A stretch of 64,000 nt of DNA from Candidatus Daviesbacteria bacterium (GTDB taxonomy: Bacteria > Patescibacteriota > Microgenomatia > Daviesbacterales > UBA10151): contig JACOXD010000003.1 of assembly GCA_016176465.1 (NCBI GenBank), forward strand, positions 1,824 through 65,823, given 5' to 3'. The first letter of the stretch is position 1, and each line of letters begins with the position of its first letter. The position numbers and the translations under genes are program-made. Positions 47,464 to 56,267 of this stretch are shown here, in pieces. The notes beneath the pieces were generated by a model, which searched no databases, had not been told where the DNA came from, and saw only the letters and a list, made by a program, of their open reading frames with translations.

Positions 47464-47790
47464 TTAAGAAGGCTTAACTGCTTGTTCTTTTTGATATTCT
47501 TGTAAAAACCCTTCTGCAAAATTATCAAAAAATTTTAATGCTTCCTGATCTGGATCTTTATTTGTTCTTAATTTATATCTTTTTCTTATCTCCTCATTAG
47601 CCTGCCTTTGATCAATGCATTTTTCAATTGCTTTAAAATCCTCATCAGTAAATGAAAGCATAGCTTCAGAGTAAAGTTTAGAAAAAGAAGTGCTGGTTAA
47701 ATCTTGGGTAAACTCTACAATTTGTGAATCACTGTAACCTTTTTCTTTTAAAACAGCTATTACTTGCTGATACTTAGTTGATTGATCCAT
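47464..47790 (-). CDS. Small acidic helical hypothetical protein
   Basis: 108-aa ORF 2 nt downstream of the 648-aa gene. Confidence 0.6.
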   Translation of the reverse strand: MDQSTKYQQVIAVLKEKGYSDSQIVEFTQDLTSTSFSKLYSEAMLSFTDEDFKAIEKCIDQRQANEEIRKRYKLRTNKDPDQEALKFFDNFAEGFLQEYQKEQAVKPS

Positions 47791-47792
47791 AA

Positions 47793-49739
47793 TTACTTTA
47801 CTCTCAAAGCTGCTTCTTTTGCTTTTAGATAGGCTTCCCAGACTGCATTGACTTTACCTGGATGTACTAACTTGATTTGGTCATTTACCATAATATAATG
47901 ATTCGCTTCTATTAATTTTTTCATTGCTGCGTGAGCCACTACTGGATCAGAGCTTTGTGATTGCTCCACCAACTGATCCAAGTTGTTAATATCTACTGGA
48001 AAATGCGCTCCCTCTGGTAAATGCCCTGCCTCTGCCATCGCTCCCCAATTGTCAATGAAAGTATCTTTATTGGCAAGGATATGTACAGCAAAAGTTTTAG
48101 CATCCTGCGGCCCCCAAGTTATATTATGCCCATGATCTATCAAGATTTGTCCCATGGTATTCCCTTGATGAACTTCTACTATATTGCCCATTTCTGGATG
48201 AGCATCGAAATCTGTAATTTCATTTATCTTGTTCAATATCAAATGCTGTTGGTATAAGTAATCCCTTAAAGCCTCCTTCGCAGTGTCCTGAAGGTGTTGG
48301 GAATAGAATGAGTCTGGAGATTTTAACTTATTTTCTAGGTACTCCTTACCTAAACTTTTTATTTCTTCAAAATTATCAAGATCGGGATTAGATGTATCCT
48401 CAGCTGCCTGTATAAGGTTTGCTCCAGCACTAGCTCTTAACTGCCCATAAGTATCCTGCCAGATTTGAGAGTAAGCTTCATTAGAGATTTGATCTGGAAC
48501 CATTCCTTTGGCTCTAATAGTTTCATCAACTATTTTATTAACTGTCTGAAAATTAGCCCTAGCTAACTCATCTTTTGCCTGAGCAAATTCAGGACTTTTA
48601 ATCATTTCTTTAACTGCTTCTGTTTCCGATGGAGTAAGAGCATCTTTATCTGGGTCAATAAGAGCTCCTGAGGTACCCACATTCTCATCTACTGGAGCAC
48701 CTTGGCCTACTACTTCATGAGGTTCGCTTATACCACTTCCTAACCTGCCTAAACTTTCCCTAACGCTAATTTGAGTTTCAGGAGCAGCGGGCACGGGTTC
48801 TGGAACATTAGGAAATTTAGGTGTTTCAGCCAATTCCCTTATAGGAGTAGTCACTGGAGTTGGTGTACCTTCAATAGTTGGTGTGGTTGGAGGAGTAGCA
48901 CTTTCAGTAGGAACTGGAGTTTCTACAGTAGTCGGAGTACTTTCAGGAGTTGGTGTATTCTCCAAAGCTTCTGCAGTAACAGTATCTGTAGGTTCTGGTG
49001 TGAGAGTAGCTGGCACTGTAGCAGTTGATGTAGCTTCAGGGGAAGGAGTGGCCTCTGGGGTAGGGGTTGCATCAGCAACAGTCTCAGAACTAGACCCTAT
49101 TGAACGAATGCTTCTTAATAAATTTCCTCCACTGTCCATTACATTTTGAAGTACATTACCAGGAGAAGGGAGGGAAACTTTTGGTAGTCTTTCTGCTGCG
49201 ACAGCCAAATTAATTCTAGAGATATACTCACTAATAGGAACACTTAAACCCATCTCAGCACTAATCTCTGGAGCAACAGCTGCAAAAACTCCCTCAATTG
49301 AAACTAAAGCAGCTCCTGCTGAAACTCCCAAAGCAAATTCTTTTAGATGGTGTGCAACTTTAGGATGGCTACTCTCAAGTACGCTTATCTTACTTAACAC
49401 TCCTCTTTCGCTTGCAAATACTGCTCCACTTAAAGCAAGCCTAAGACCAGTTCTTGCCAAAGGACTACCATTAAGCAAAACGCCACTCCCTACTCCAATG
49501 CCATATCCCACTCCCCAGGAATACCTACCTTCAGTAAATACTTTACGGGGAGCATCTAGAGGATTTGCATTTTGGGCCCATTTACCTAAACCTCTAGCAA
49601 AAGCTTTGCCAATACCGGCTGCAGAAATTCCTCTTCTTTCTGCTATAGGATTTTGGGCGGCATTTTCTGCTTCTATTTGGGCTGCAAAATTACCCCAGTC
49701 ATCTGCTCCTGGATTTGGCGCTTCTGCTGTTCTTGCCAT
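47793..49739 (-). CDS. Hypothetical protein: hydrophobic N-terminal region, Pro/Thr/Glu linker, possible LysM-like motif
   Basis: ATPTPEATPSPEATST linker; VEVHQGNTMGQIL. Confidence 0.65.
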   Translation of the reverse strand: MARTAEAPNPGADDWGNFAAQIEAENAAQNPIAERRGISAAGIGKAFARGLGKWAQNANPLDAPRKVFTEGRYSWGVGYGIGVGSGVLLNGSPLARTGLRLALSGAVFASERGVLSKISVLESSHPKVAHHLKEFALGVSAGAALVSIEGVFAAVAPEISAEMGLSVPISEYISRINLAVAAERLPKVSLPSPGNVLQNVMDSGGNLLRSIRSIGSSSETVADATPTPEATPSPEATSTATVPATLTPEPTDTVTAEALENTPTPESTPTTVETPVPTESATPPTTPTIEGTPTPVTTPIRELAETPKFPNVPEPVPAAPETQISVRESLGRLGSGISEPHEVVGQGAPVDENVGTSGALIDPDKDALTPSETEAVKEMIKSPEFAQAKDELARANFQTVNKIVDETIRAKGMVPDQISNEAYSQIWQDTYGQLRASAGANLIQAAEDTSNPDLDNFEEIKSLGKEYLENKLKSPDSFYSQHLQDTAKEALRDYLYQQHLILNKINEITDFDAHPEMGNIVEVHQGNTMGQILIDHGHNITWGPQDAKTFAVHILANKDTFIDNWGAMAEAGHLPEGAHFPVDINNLDQLVEQSQSSDPVVAHAAMKKLIEANHYIMVNDQIKLVHPGKVNAVWEAYLKAKEAALRVK

Positions 49740-49789
49740 AATTTGCTTCCTATCTATAAATTACTATATACTAATGATACAGTATTCAT

Positions 49790-52700
49790 ATGGCTATGGC
49801 AAATGAAACCCAACATGAAGGAGAAAGTATTCAACCTCCTGTGTTTACAGAGGTGATGAGTAGTATCGGTGAAAAAATTAGTGCAGGGATTACTGATCAA
49901 AATGCTGCTTCTTTATTAAAAGATGTGTTAAATTTAGATCAAACTTTTCTACCTAATGGCAATAAAGCTACAACCAATGAAAAAGTACTAGCAAGAATAA
50001 GAGAGCCTCTATCTGGAAACCCAAGTGTTTTAAAAGAATTGGGAAAAAGGGGCTCAACAGCTATCTCTCTTGATCAATTGAGGCAAGTTGTTCGTCTTGC
50101 TGAAATTTTAGATATTAAAAATTTAGATGAATATCCCGGATTACTTGCAGCAATTAAAAGAGATATTGCTAGGGAGGAGTCTGCTCAAACTTCTCCTTCC
50201 CAAGCACATAAAGCAGCTATTCCCATTACCCCAGCTGAACCAGTTGTTACTTCTGCTTCTGAATTAAAACTAGAAGAATATTTATTACAAGAACTATTTA
50301 GGGAAGCTGCTCAACAAATAACAGAAAATGGTAGAGCAGAAATTCCTGCAAGTACTAAAATGCTTGGATGGTTAGTAGATGGAGCCTTAACAAGAGCTCT
50401 TGAAGAAAGAAGTATCCAACTTAGAGAACACTATGTTGATGCTTTTATTTTAGATCCTAAAACCCCTGGATTAATAAGATTTCAAACTAATATAGAGATG
50501 CAGAAACCTAATAAAATCATCAATTTAGATTTCGATGCCGTGATATCAGGAGCAAACTTAAGCGCAATATATTTCGTAAGTGATAAGGTAAGACAAGGAG
50601 TGCTTAGTAGAATAGCTAAACCATTTTTTAAAGACAGGTTTACAGAAGAACAGGAAATAAAGGAGATGCTTAGAACTAGGAAAGAAGCAAGAGCAAGTGG
50701 CGAAACTCCTCCCCTTCATAAAATTGTAGAATACTATCTTGCTTATCAATTCCAAAATTTGGGAGTAAAATTTGCTGGTTTGCAACTTAGGTGGGAAGGC
50801 CGACAATTAAAACTAATTTTTCAAGGCTCTGATTTATCTTCTACTATAGATGTCCCTGCTGATAGAGGTTCAACTAGGTTGGGGATCCCAGAAGATGGTT
50901 CTAGGGTTGTATTAGCTGATGCTACATCCCCTGAAGCAATATCTTCTCCTGCAGAAGAGGTTGAAGTGATTCCAGAAAATGTTAGAAAAATTATTGAGGA
51001 TTTAAGGAGTGCATACAAGGCTTATAATGATGCCTACTCCACTCAACCTGGAACGCAAACAGAGGAAGCCCTAGCAGATGTTCGTACCAAAGAAAGAGAG
51101 CTTAGTGAGGCATTAGGTTTAACAGGTGCTGAAAGTTATAAAGAGGTTGAGCTACTAAAAAAACTAGAATTGGAAGCTAAATATAATGATCTAGCATTAA
51201 CAGACACGAATAGAACATCTACATACCCTAATCCTCACTTAATCCTTGAGCTTTTTTCAGGTGCCCCCAATTACCTACGGCAAGCTGCTGCAGATTACTT
51301 CCAACATGCTAAATTGGCCACTCCTGCGGAGCACAGTGCCCAACTTGAGGAAGATTTAATGAAAATAGAAAAACTAACTAAACAGGCTGCAGTTGATATG
51401 GCCAAAAGAGCTGGTAGAGTGATAGGCGATATACTTTCATGGCGTATGTCAGTAGGACCATCATTTGATTATGACCAGGCCTTACGTAGATCAGACACTA
51501 TTCCCGAGCAGATAATAGCACTTTTTAAAGCTAAAAATAAAGCGGAATATAATAAGCTTAAACCAGCAGTAGATTTACAACAAGCAGTGAATGAGTTTAT
51601 TGATAGCTTAGCCAATCGAGCGCTACTTCGATTAGAATCCACCAATTTTCACTACCGGGATTTAATTGATCCATTTGAGAGTCATCAAGGACACGTTATT
51701 AAACTATTTGGTTGGATTAGAGATTCATATGGAGACCTAAAAACATATCCTCCCGAGTCCGATAATTATAATAATATTAAAAAAGGTATTAGAGCAGATG
51801 AGGAACAAATTTTAAATATCCTAGGTGTTACAATGCACCCTGAATATAGACAGCTTCTGTATGCTCATATAGGAGTTTTGCAGAAAATCTCTGAAGATAC
51901 TCCTCAAGAAAAATCTAATAAAGAACTTAATGATAAGTATACAAAAGCCTTAGAAAATTATAAAAAACTTCTTTTATCTGATAGTCCAAATTTTAAGAAT
52001 GTAGCTAGAGCTTTAAAGGTTGCCAGTATGGCCAGGATGAGAATGGAAAACGAGATGATGGAACGGGCTTTAGCTGCTCCAACACTCCGAGATGAATATA
52101 ATAGTGCTGATGGCGCTCGAAGGGCAGTTTTAGAAGATGAGTTAAGTACTCTTCTAGGATTATCCCCTGAAGATAATGGAAGAAGAATACACGAATTATA
52201 TATGCAATATAAATCTACAATTTTTAAAACTTTTGATCTCTCAGCTGAAATACCAATCCCTCCTGATGATTTTACAGGAAGGTTATTTAAGAAAGACACC
52301 GGAACTACAGATGCCTTTTTCAGATATCAATACATCTCAAAGAATATACTAGCTTTGCAAGCACAAGGAATAGAAGTATCGGATGAAGAATTGGCAGAAT
52401 ATCAAAGGGTTTTAGAAGAGCTAATAAATCTTTTTTATTTTGAAGCTGATGTTTCAGGAAGGCCTATATACTACAAACAAGGTGGGGAGTGGGCTGGTCA
52501 AGATTTAGTTGCAGCTATTGAGGGAGGAGAAAGTGAAGAAATGATCAAAACACTCTACATTAGGAGAAACCAGAGTATGATTAGGTTTTATCAGGAATTA
52601 TTAGATCAATCTACCTCCACAAAAATTAATGAGTACTTAAAAAATTTAGCACATGATGCAGGATTAGAATTTAGAACCTCAAGTATCCCTGGCCAACCAG

Positions 52701-53308
52701 CAAAATTAGTGGAGCTCCCTCCTTTGCCACAGCCCATTGTTGTGCCCCCACAAGCTCCAGCAATCGAACCTGCTCCAGCTGAGAGGAGATTGGATATTGA
52801 TATTGTTAATGTCATCAGCCAACTTGGAAAGCTTTATAAGGGTAAATCTGCAAAAACCTTGGAAGAAAGAGAGCAGCTGGAAGATCAAATTGCCAAATCC
52901 TTTGGGTTTGATGCAGACCGCGGATATCGCTCTTTGGTTGAGACCCTCAAATATCTCACGGACTTAATATCTTCTCGGGGATTAAAATTACCTAAGGCAA
53001 ACGAAGATTTAGGAATAATGTTTGTTACAAATAGAGATGAATATCTATCTTTGTTAGAGCAGGTTATACAGAAATTAGAAAAAAATGAGGATATTAAGCA
53101 AGATATACCACTTTTAGTAGGGGCTTTGCGAGATAGAAATTATGCTTTCCTTGCCAGAGAAATCGACAGATATGAACGTGCACTTCCCCCTGAGGAAAGA
53201 GAAAGGCTAATCACTGCTGGCATACTTCCTACACCAGCCGCAGTTTTATCTGAAAGTGGCTTTGTTCTAGGTAATGCCCACTTAGGTGAGCCTCAATCAG
53301 GAGAATAA
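49790..53308 (+). CDS. Large helical hypothetical protein (1172 aa)
   Basis: Long ORF, no signal peptide or known motif; Pro-rich linkers. Confidence 0.7.
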   Translation: MAMANETQHEGESIQPPVFTEVMSSIGEKISAGITDQNAASLLKDVLNLDQTFLPNGNKATTNEKVLARIREPLSGNPSVLKELGKRGSTAISLDQLRQVVRLAEILDIKNLDEYPGLLAAIKRDIAREESAQTSPSQAHKAAIPITPAEPVVTSASELKLEEYLLQELFREAAQQITENGRAEIPASTKMLGWLVDGALTRALEERSIQLREHYVDAFILDPKTPGLIRFQTNIEMQKPNKIINLDFDAVISGANLSAIYFVSDKVRQGVLSRIAKPFFKDRFTEEQEIKEMLRTRKEARASGETPPLHKIVEYYLAYQFQNLGVKFAGLQLRWEGRQLKLIFQGSDLSSTIDVPADRGSTRLGIPEDGSRVVLADATSPEAISSPAEEVEVIPENVRKIIEDLRSAYKAYNDAYSTQPGTQTEEALADVRTKERELSEALGLTGAESYKEVELLKKLELEAKYNDLALTDTNRTSTYPNPHLILELFSGAPNYLRQAAADYFQHAKLATPAEHSAQLEEDLMKIEKLTKQAAVDMAKRAGRVIGDILSWRMSVGPSFDYDQALRRSDTIPEQIIALFKAKNKAEYNKLKPAVDLQQAVNEFIDSLANRALLRLESTNFHYRDLIDPFESHQGHVIKLFGWIRDSYGDLKTYPPESDNYNNIKKGIRADEEQILNILGVTMHPEYRQLLYAHIGVLQKISEDTPQEKSNKELNDKYTKALENYKKLLLSDSPNFKNVARALKVASMARMRMENEMMERALAAPTLRDEYNSADGARRAVLEDELSTLLGLSPEDNGRRIHELYMQYKSTIFKTFDLSAEIPIPPDDFTGRLFKKDTGTTDAFFRYQYISKNILALQAQGIEVSDEELAEYQRVLEELINLFYFEADVSGRPIYYKQGGEWAGQDLVAAIEGGESEEMIKTLYIRRNQSMIRFYQELLDQSTSTKINEYLKNLAHDAGLEFRTSSIPGQPAKLVELPPLPQPIVVPPQAPAIEPAPAERRLDIDIVNVISQLGKLYKGKSAKTLEEREQLEDQIAKSFGFDADRGYRSLVETLKYLTDLISSRGLKLPKANEDLGIMFVTNRDEYLSLLEQVIQKLEKNEDIKQDIPLLVGALRDRNYAFLAREIDRYERALPPEERERLITAGILPTPAAVLSESGFVLGNAHLGEPQSGE

Positions 53309-53319
53309 TTAATTTTTTG

Positions 53320-53636
53320 TTGCGGGGGTTGGATTCGAACCAACGACCTCGAGATTATGCCTAGATATCTAGTTAGACTATACCTTCACCCCGATGTTAT
53401 ATATCGGGGGCTCGGCGTTTAATGGGAGTTTATATTCCAAAATATTTGGTACCTTCCATATAAGCAAAGCTTGATGCTTCGCATTAAGTCGTTACGGGGT
53501 CCGATGTTACATCGGACTTCCCACGGTATTATCCTTTAACTTAAGATTTCACCGTTATGAGCCGAGTTATCATTAAAGATTACTCTCTAATGAGCCCAAT
53601 TTTGAGCCTCGCGAGCTACCACTGCTCTACCCCGCG
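53320..53636 (-). tRNA. Initiator tRNA-fMet(CAT), intron-containing (exon 1 53636-53605, exon 2 53359-53320)
   Basis: CGCGGGGTAGAGCAGTGGTAGCTCGCGAGGCT ^ CATAATCTCGAGGTCGTTGGTTCGAATCCAACCCCCGCAA; C1:A72 mismatch typical of initiator tRNA. Confidence 0.9.
53360..53604 (-). ncRNA. Group I self-splicing intron (245 nt, no ORF)
   Basis: Inserted after U33 and ends in G; P1 GGCU/CAA pairs with UUGGGCU, giving U-G at the splice site; P3 CTCGGC/GCCGAG; P4-like ACGGT/ACCGT; R GTAACGACT and S AAGGTATAGTCT form P7. Confidence 0.9.
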
Positions 53637-53675
53637 GTATAAGCTTTGACAGTATACAGGAATAAGGTATTGTTT

Positions 53676-54032
53676 TCAATAGAAGCCAAATAATTTTAGC
53701 CAGCCCTGCCAATTAGATAGTTTAATTTCTTCTTTCCCTTTATTTAAACTCAAAACCTTTTTCACCTCAGATTCGGGAATTATTACTATAACCTCATTTT
53801 CCTTGGCTAAACCAAGCTTATCGCGAGCCTGCTCCTCAATAAAATCTAACCTTTGGGTATCTTTTAATTTTTCCTTTAATAACCTATTTTCCTGCTGCAG
53901 CCTAACTAAGCGCTCAGTAGTAGTATCAAGCCTATCTCCAGCCTGCAATGCTCCTATAATCTGCCTTCCCAGACTGATTATTACTAAGATTATGAGCAAA
54001 GTTATGACAATAATTACTGCTTTTCTAATCAT
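53676..54032 (-). CDS. Septum formation initiator (FtsB/DivIC family)
   Basis: TM, coiled coil, FIEEQARDKLGLAKENE. Confidence 0.88.
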   Translation of the reverse strand: MIRKAVIIVITLLIILVIISLGRQIIGALQAGDRLDTTTERLVRLQQENRLLKEKLKDTQRLDFIEEQARDKLGLAKENEVIVIIPESEVKKVLSLNKGKEEIKLSNWQGWLKLFGFY

Positions 54033-54063
54033 CTTTTTACCCTTAAGTTGCTAAACTTGCTGC

Positions 54064-54092
54064 TTGACAATAATATCCTTTTTTAATATTAT
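54064..54092 (+). promoter_or_regulatory. Sigma70 promoter of the recombinase
   Basis: TTGACA-N17-TATTAT; implies the true start is ATG 54115. Confidence 0.65.
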
Positions 54093-54114
54093 ATGGGATA
54101 ATAGATACATAAGT

Positions 54115-55005
54115 ATGGTTACTCTGCGTGATGCCCATCAACAATTTATTGGCCATTTAAAGGGGCGCTCACGTGCCTCAGCTACTATCTTAGCTTATGG
54201 TAAGGATATTGAGCAACTCGTCTCCTATTTAGTCGAACAAGGCAAACAAAATGCCCAGGATATTATCTTAGAGGATTTGAATGCCTTCATGGCTAAACTC
54301 TCTAAAGAAGGCTATACCGCTAAATCAATCTCCAGGAAGACTAATTCCACAAAAACTTTCTTTAAATTCTTAAAAACTTCTAATTTAATTGAAAATGATC
54401 CAGCCGGCGCACTTGAGCATCCAAAATTTGAGAATAAACCTCCCAGAATTTTATCTAAATTAGAATATCGAGCGCTAAGAGATGCAGCCAGAGGGGATCT
54501 TCGAATTTTTGCCATTATTGAGCTACTTTTGCAAACCGGGATTAGAATTGGAGAACTAGCCCAACTTAGTGTAGATGATTTGGATTTATCCTCTGATTCC
54601 CCCACTCTTCATGTCCCAGAAGGTGAAGGCAGCAATGCCAGAGATATTCCACTTAATAAACCAGCAGTTGAAGCAGTACAAAAGTATTTAGAGGTTAGGC
54701 CTAAAACTCCAAATGATAGAAGCTCATCTTTGACTAAAGCATTATTTGTAACCAAAACAGGAAGGCCCTTACTTGTTAGAAATATAAGAACTGCAATTGA
54801 TAGATACTTTAAGTTAGCAGGGATAAAAGATGCTAAGGTAAATGATTTAAGACATACTTGGGTAGCTCATCATTTAGAGGCTGGCACTTCTTTGACTTTA
54901 ATCTCCAAACTAGCTGGGCATAAAAGAGTTTCTACTACTGAAAGATACCTACAATTTATCCAAAACCGCTCAACTGATAGCAAAGTAAAGCTAGAAGAAC
55001 TCTGA
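54115..55005 (+). CDS. XerC/XerD-like tyrosine recombinase
   Basis: SAM-like N-terminal domain; TGIRIGEL (R), NDLRHT (H replaced by N), LAGH, TTERY (Y). Confidence 0.9.
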   Translation: MVTLRDAHQQFIGHLKGRSRASATILAYGKDIEQLVSYLVEQGKQNAQDIILEDLNAFMAKLSKEGYTAKSISRKTNSTKTFFKFLKTSNLIENDPAGALEHPKFENKPPRILSKLEYRALRDAARGDLRIFAIIELLLQTGIRIGELAQLSVDDLDLSSDSPTLHVPEGEGSNARDIPLNKPAVEAVQKYLEVRPKTPNDRSSSLTKALFVTKTGRPLLVRNIRTAIDRYFKLAGIKDAKVNDLRHTWVAHHLEAGTSLTLISKLAGHKRVSTTERYLQFIQNRSTDSKVKLEEL

Positions 55006-55108
55006 AATGGAACGCATTATTTGCCCACTTAATCGTAGTGCAGATTGTATACAAGTTCACACCCTCAGGGTGGGTTACGTTCACACCTTACTATACTAAT
55101 ACCCTACT

Positions 55109-55139
55109 GGCGGACCCGGACTCGATCGAACCAGGAACC
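55109..55139 (-). repeat. Degenerate copy of the tRNA-Ile 3' end (att-like)
   Basis: ggcggacccggactcgatcgaaccaggaacc versus tRNA ggcggacctggactcgaaccaggaacc: one mismatch plus a 4-nt TCGA duplication. Confidence 0.8.
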
Positions 55140-55157
55140 AACCCTGCACTATAATAA

Positions 55158-55424
55158 CTAAACTGAATAGACTAATGTTCCTGGTTTGGTGGGCTGTGAA
55201 ACTTTTAGACCAAAGGAGTCACCTTTTTTAACAGAGTCTACCTGTTGATGATCAACTTGTAGTGATTCCACATTTTGATTAAACTCTTCCTCTTCCCCTC
55301 TTTTAAACTTTAGCTTATCTCCCACTTTTAATCCTCCAGAATCTAAATCTATAATTGCTACTCCTAATTTGTCATAGTAGTGGGTAACTTTACCTATTTG
55401 TTTATCCAAATTTCTCACCCCCAA
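55158..55424 (-). CDS. Small beta-barrel protein (translation-factor domain II / U32 C-terminal-like)
   Basis: IGKVTHYYDKLGVA, LKVGD, Q.VESLQ, KKGDSFGLKV; start probably TTG 55409 after SD GGGGGTGA. Confidence 0.8.
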   Translation of the reverse strand: MGVRNLDKQIGKVTHYYDKLGVAIIDLDSGGLKVGDKLKFKRGEEEEFNQNVESLQVDHQQVDSVKKGDSFGLKVSQPTKPGTLVYSV

Positions 55425-55442
55425 TCAAAATAGAGCCTGTTG

Positions 55443-55516
55443 TGGGCGGACCTGGACTCGAACCAGGAACCGGAAATGTATAAGATTTCTGCGCTAACCA
55501 ATTGCGCCATCCGCCC
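55443..55516 (-). tRNA. tRNA-Ile(TAT)
   Basis: GGGCGGATGGCGCAATTGGTTAGCGCA-GAAAT-CT-TAT-AC-ATTTC-CGGTTCCTGGTTCGAGTCCAGGTCCGCCCA. Confidence 0.88.
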
Positions 55517-55525
55517 TACCAGGGG

Positions 55526-56230
55526 CTAATTATACCAAAAGATTTCATCTTTAACTCCATAATAATTTGATACAGCTTTTATAGACATAGCTATTTTCTC
55601 ACTTAAATTAACCCTATGCGTATAAATCTGACATGTACCATACCCAAAGCTTTTATATATTAAACCTTCTCTAGTTGAGTCTTTAATATAAGGTCCTCCA
55701 AATTGATTTTTTGGCAAGTTTAAATGGTTTGACCAGAAATTAGTGACTTCTTCAAAATTCATATCTTTATAAATGTGTAGGCGTACTTTTATGGAGTTTT
55801 TTGGAACACCCAAAACCTTAGTCATCCAATATAGCGCAAACTTAATAACTCTTGGGTCCGTATTACTAATCGAGAATCTTCCATGTTTTTTCTCTCCCTC
55901 ACCCCAATACAAAAATACCCCTGCCAAAAAAAGCTCTTTTTTAGACAAAGGTAATAATTCTTTAACTTGTTTTTCAAAAACCTGCTTCAATCTAAATAAT
56001 CGCTTACTCTTGAACGTTTCAATAAACTTTTCTCTTGATAAATCTCTAGATAACATTTTGTTTTTTAGAAGTTTTACCTGTTGAGTTTTGTTTAAAGGAA
56101 GTCTTTTTAACCAATCACTTAATGTACTTTTGGAAACACCTAATTCTTTTTTAATTTGACCATAGGTTTTTCCTCTTAATCGAAGTTTAATCGCCTGCTC
56201 ACGAAGAAATATTTTAGACATCGTACCCAT
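55526..56230 (-). CDS. HTH plus LAGLIDADG-like (LYWGEG) protein
   Basis: AIKLRLRGKTYGQIKKELGVSKSTLSDWL HTH; LAGVFLYWGEGEK, SNTDP, LHIY, FWS. Confidence 0.7.
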   Translation of the reverse strand: MGTMSKIFLREQAIKLRLRGKTYGQIKKELGVSKSTLSDWLKRLPLNKTQQVKLLKNKMLSRDLSREKFIETFKSKRLFRLKQVFEKQVKELLPLSKKELFLAGVFLYWGEGEKKHGRFSISNTDPRVIKFALYWMTKVLGVPKNSIKVRLHIYKDMNFEEVTNFWSNHLNLPKNQFGGPYIKDSTREGLIYKSFGYGTCQIYTHRVNLSEKIAMSIKAVSNYYGVKDEIFWYN

Positions 56231-56267
56231 AGATTGTATCCCCCAAGACAGTCAATGTAAAGTACAA

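Noticed and set aside
54085-54115. Possible dif site upstream of the xer gene
   Set aside because: ATAA-N6 is followed by CATA rather than TTAT; the region is better explained as a promoter.
55008-55100. 30-codon ORF MERIICPLN... with gttcacacc repeated twice
   Set aside because: Short, with no SD or motif; cannot be told apart from chance.
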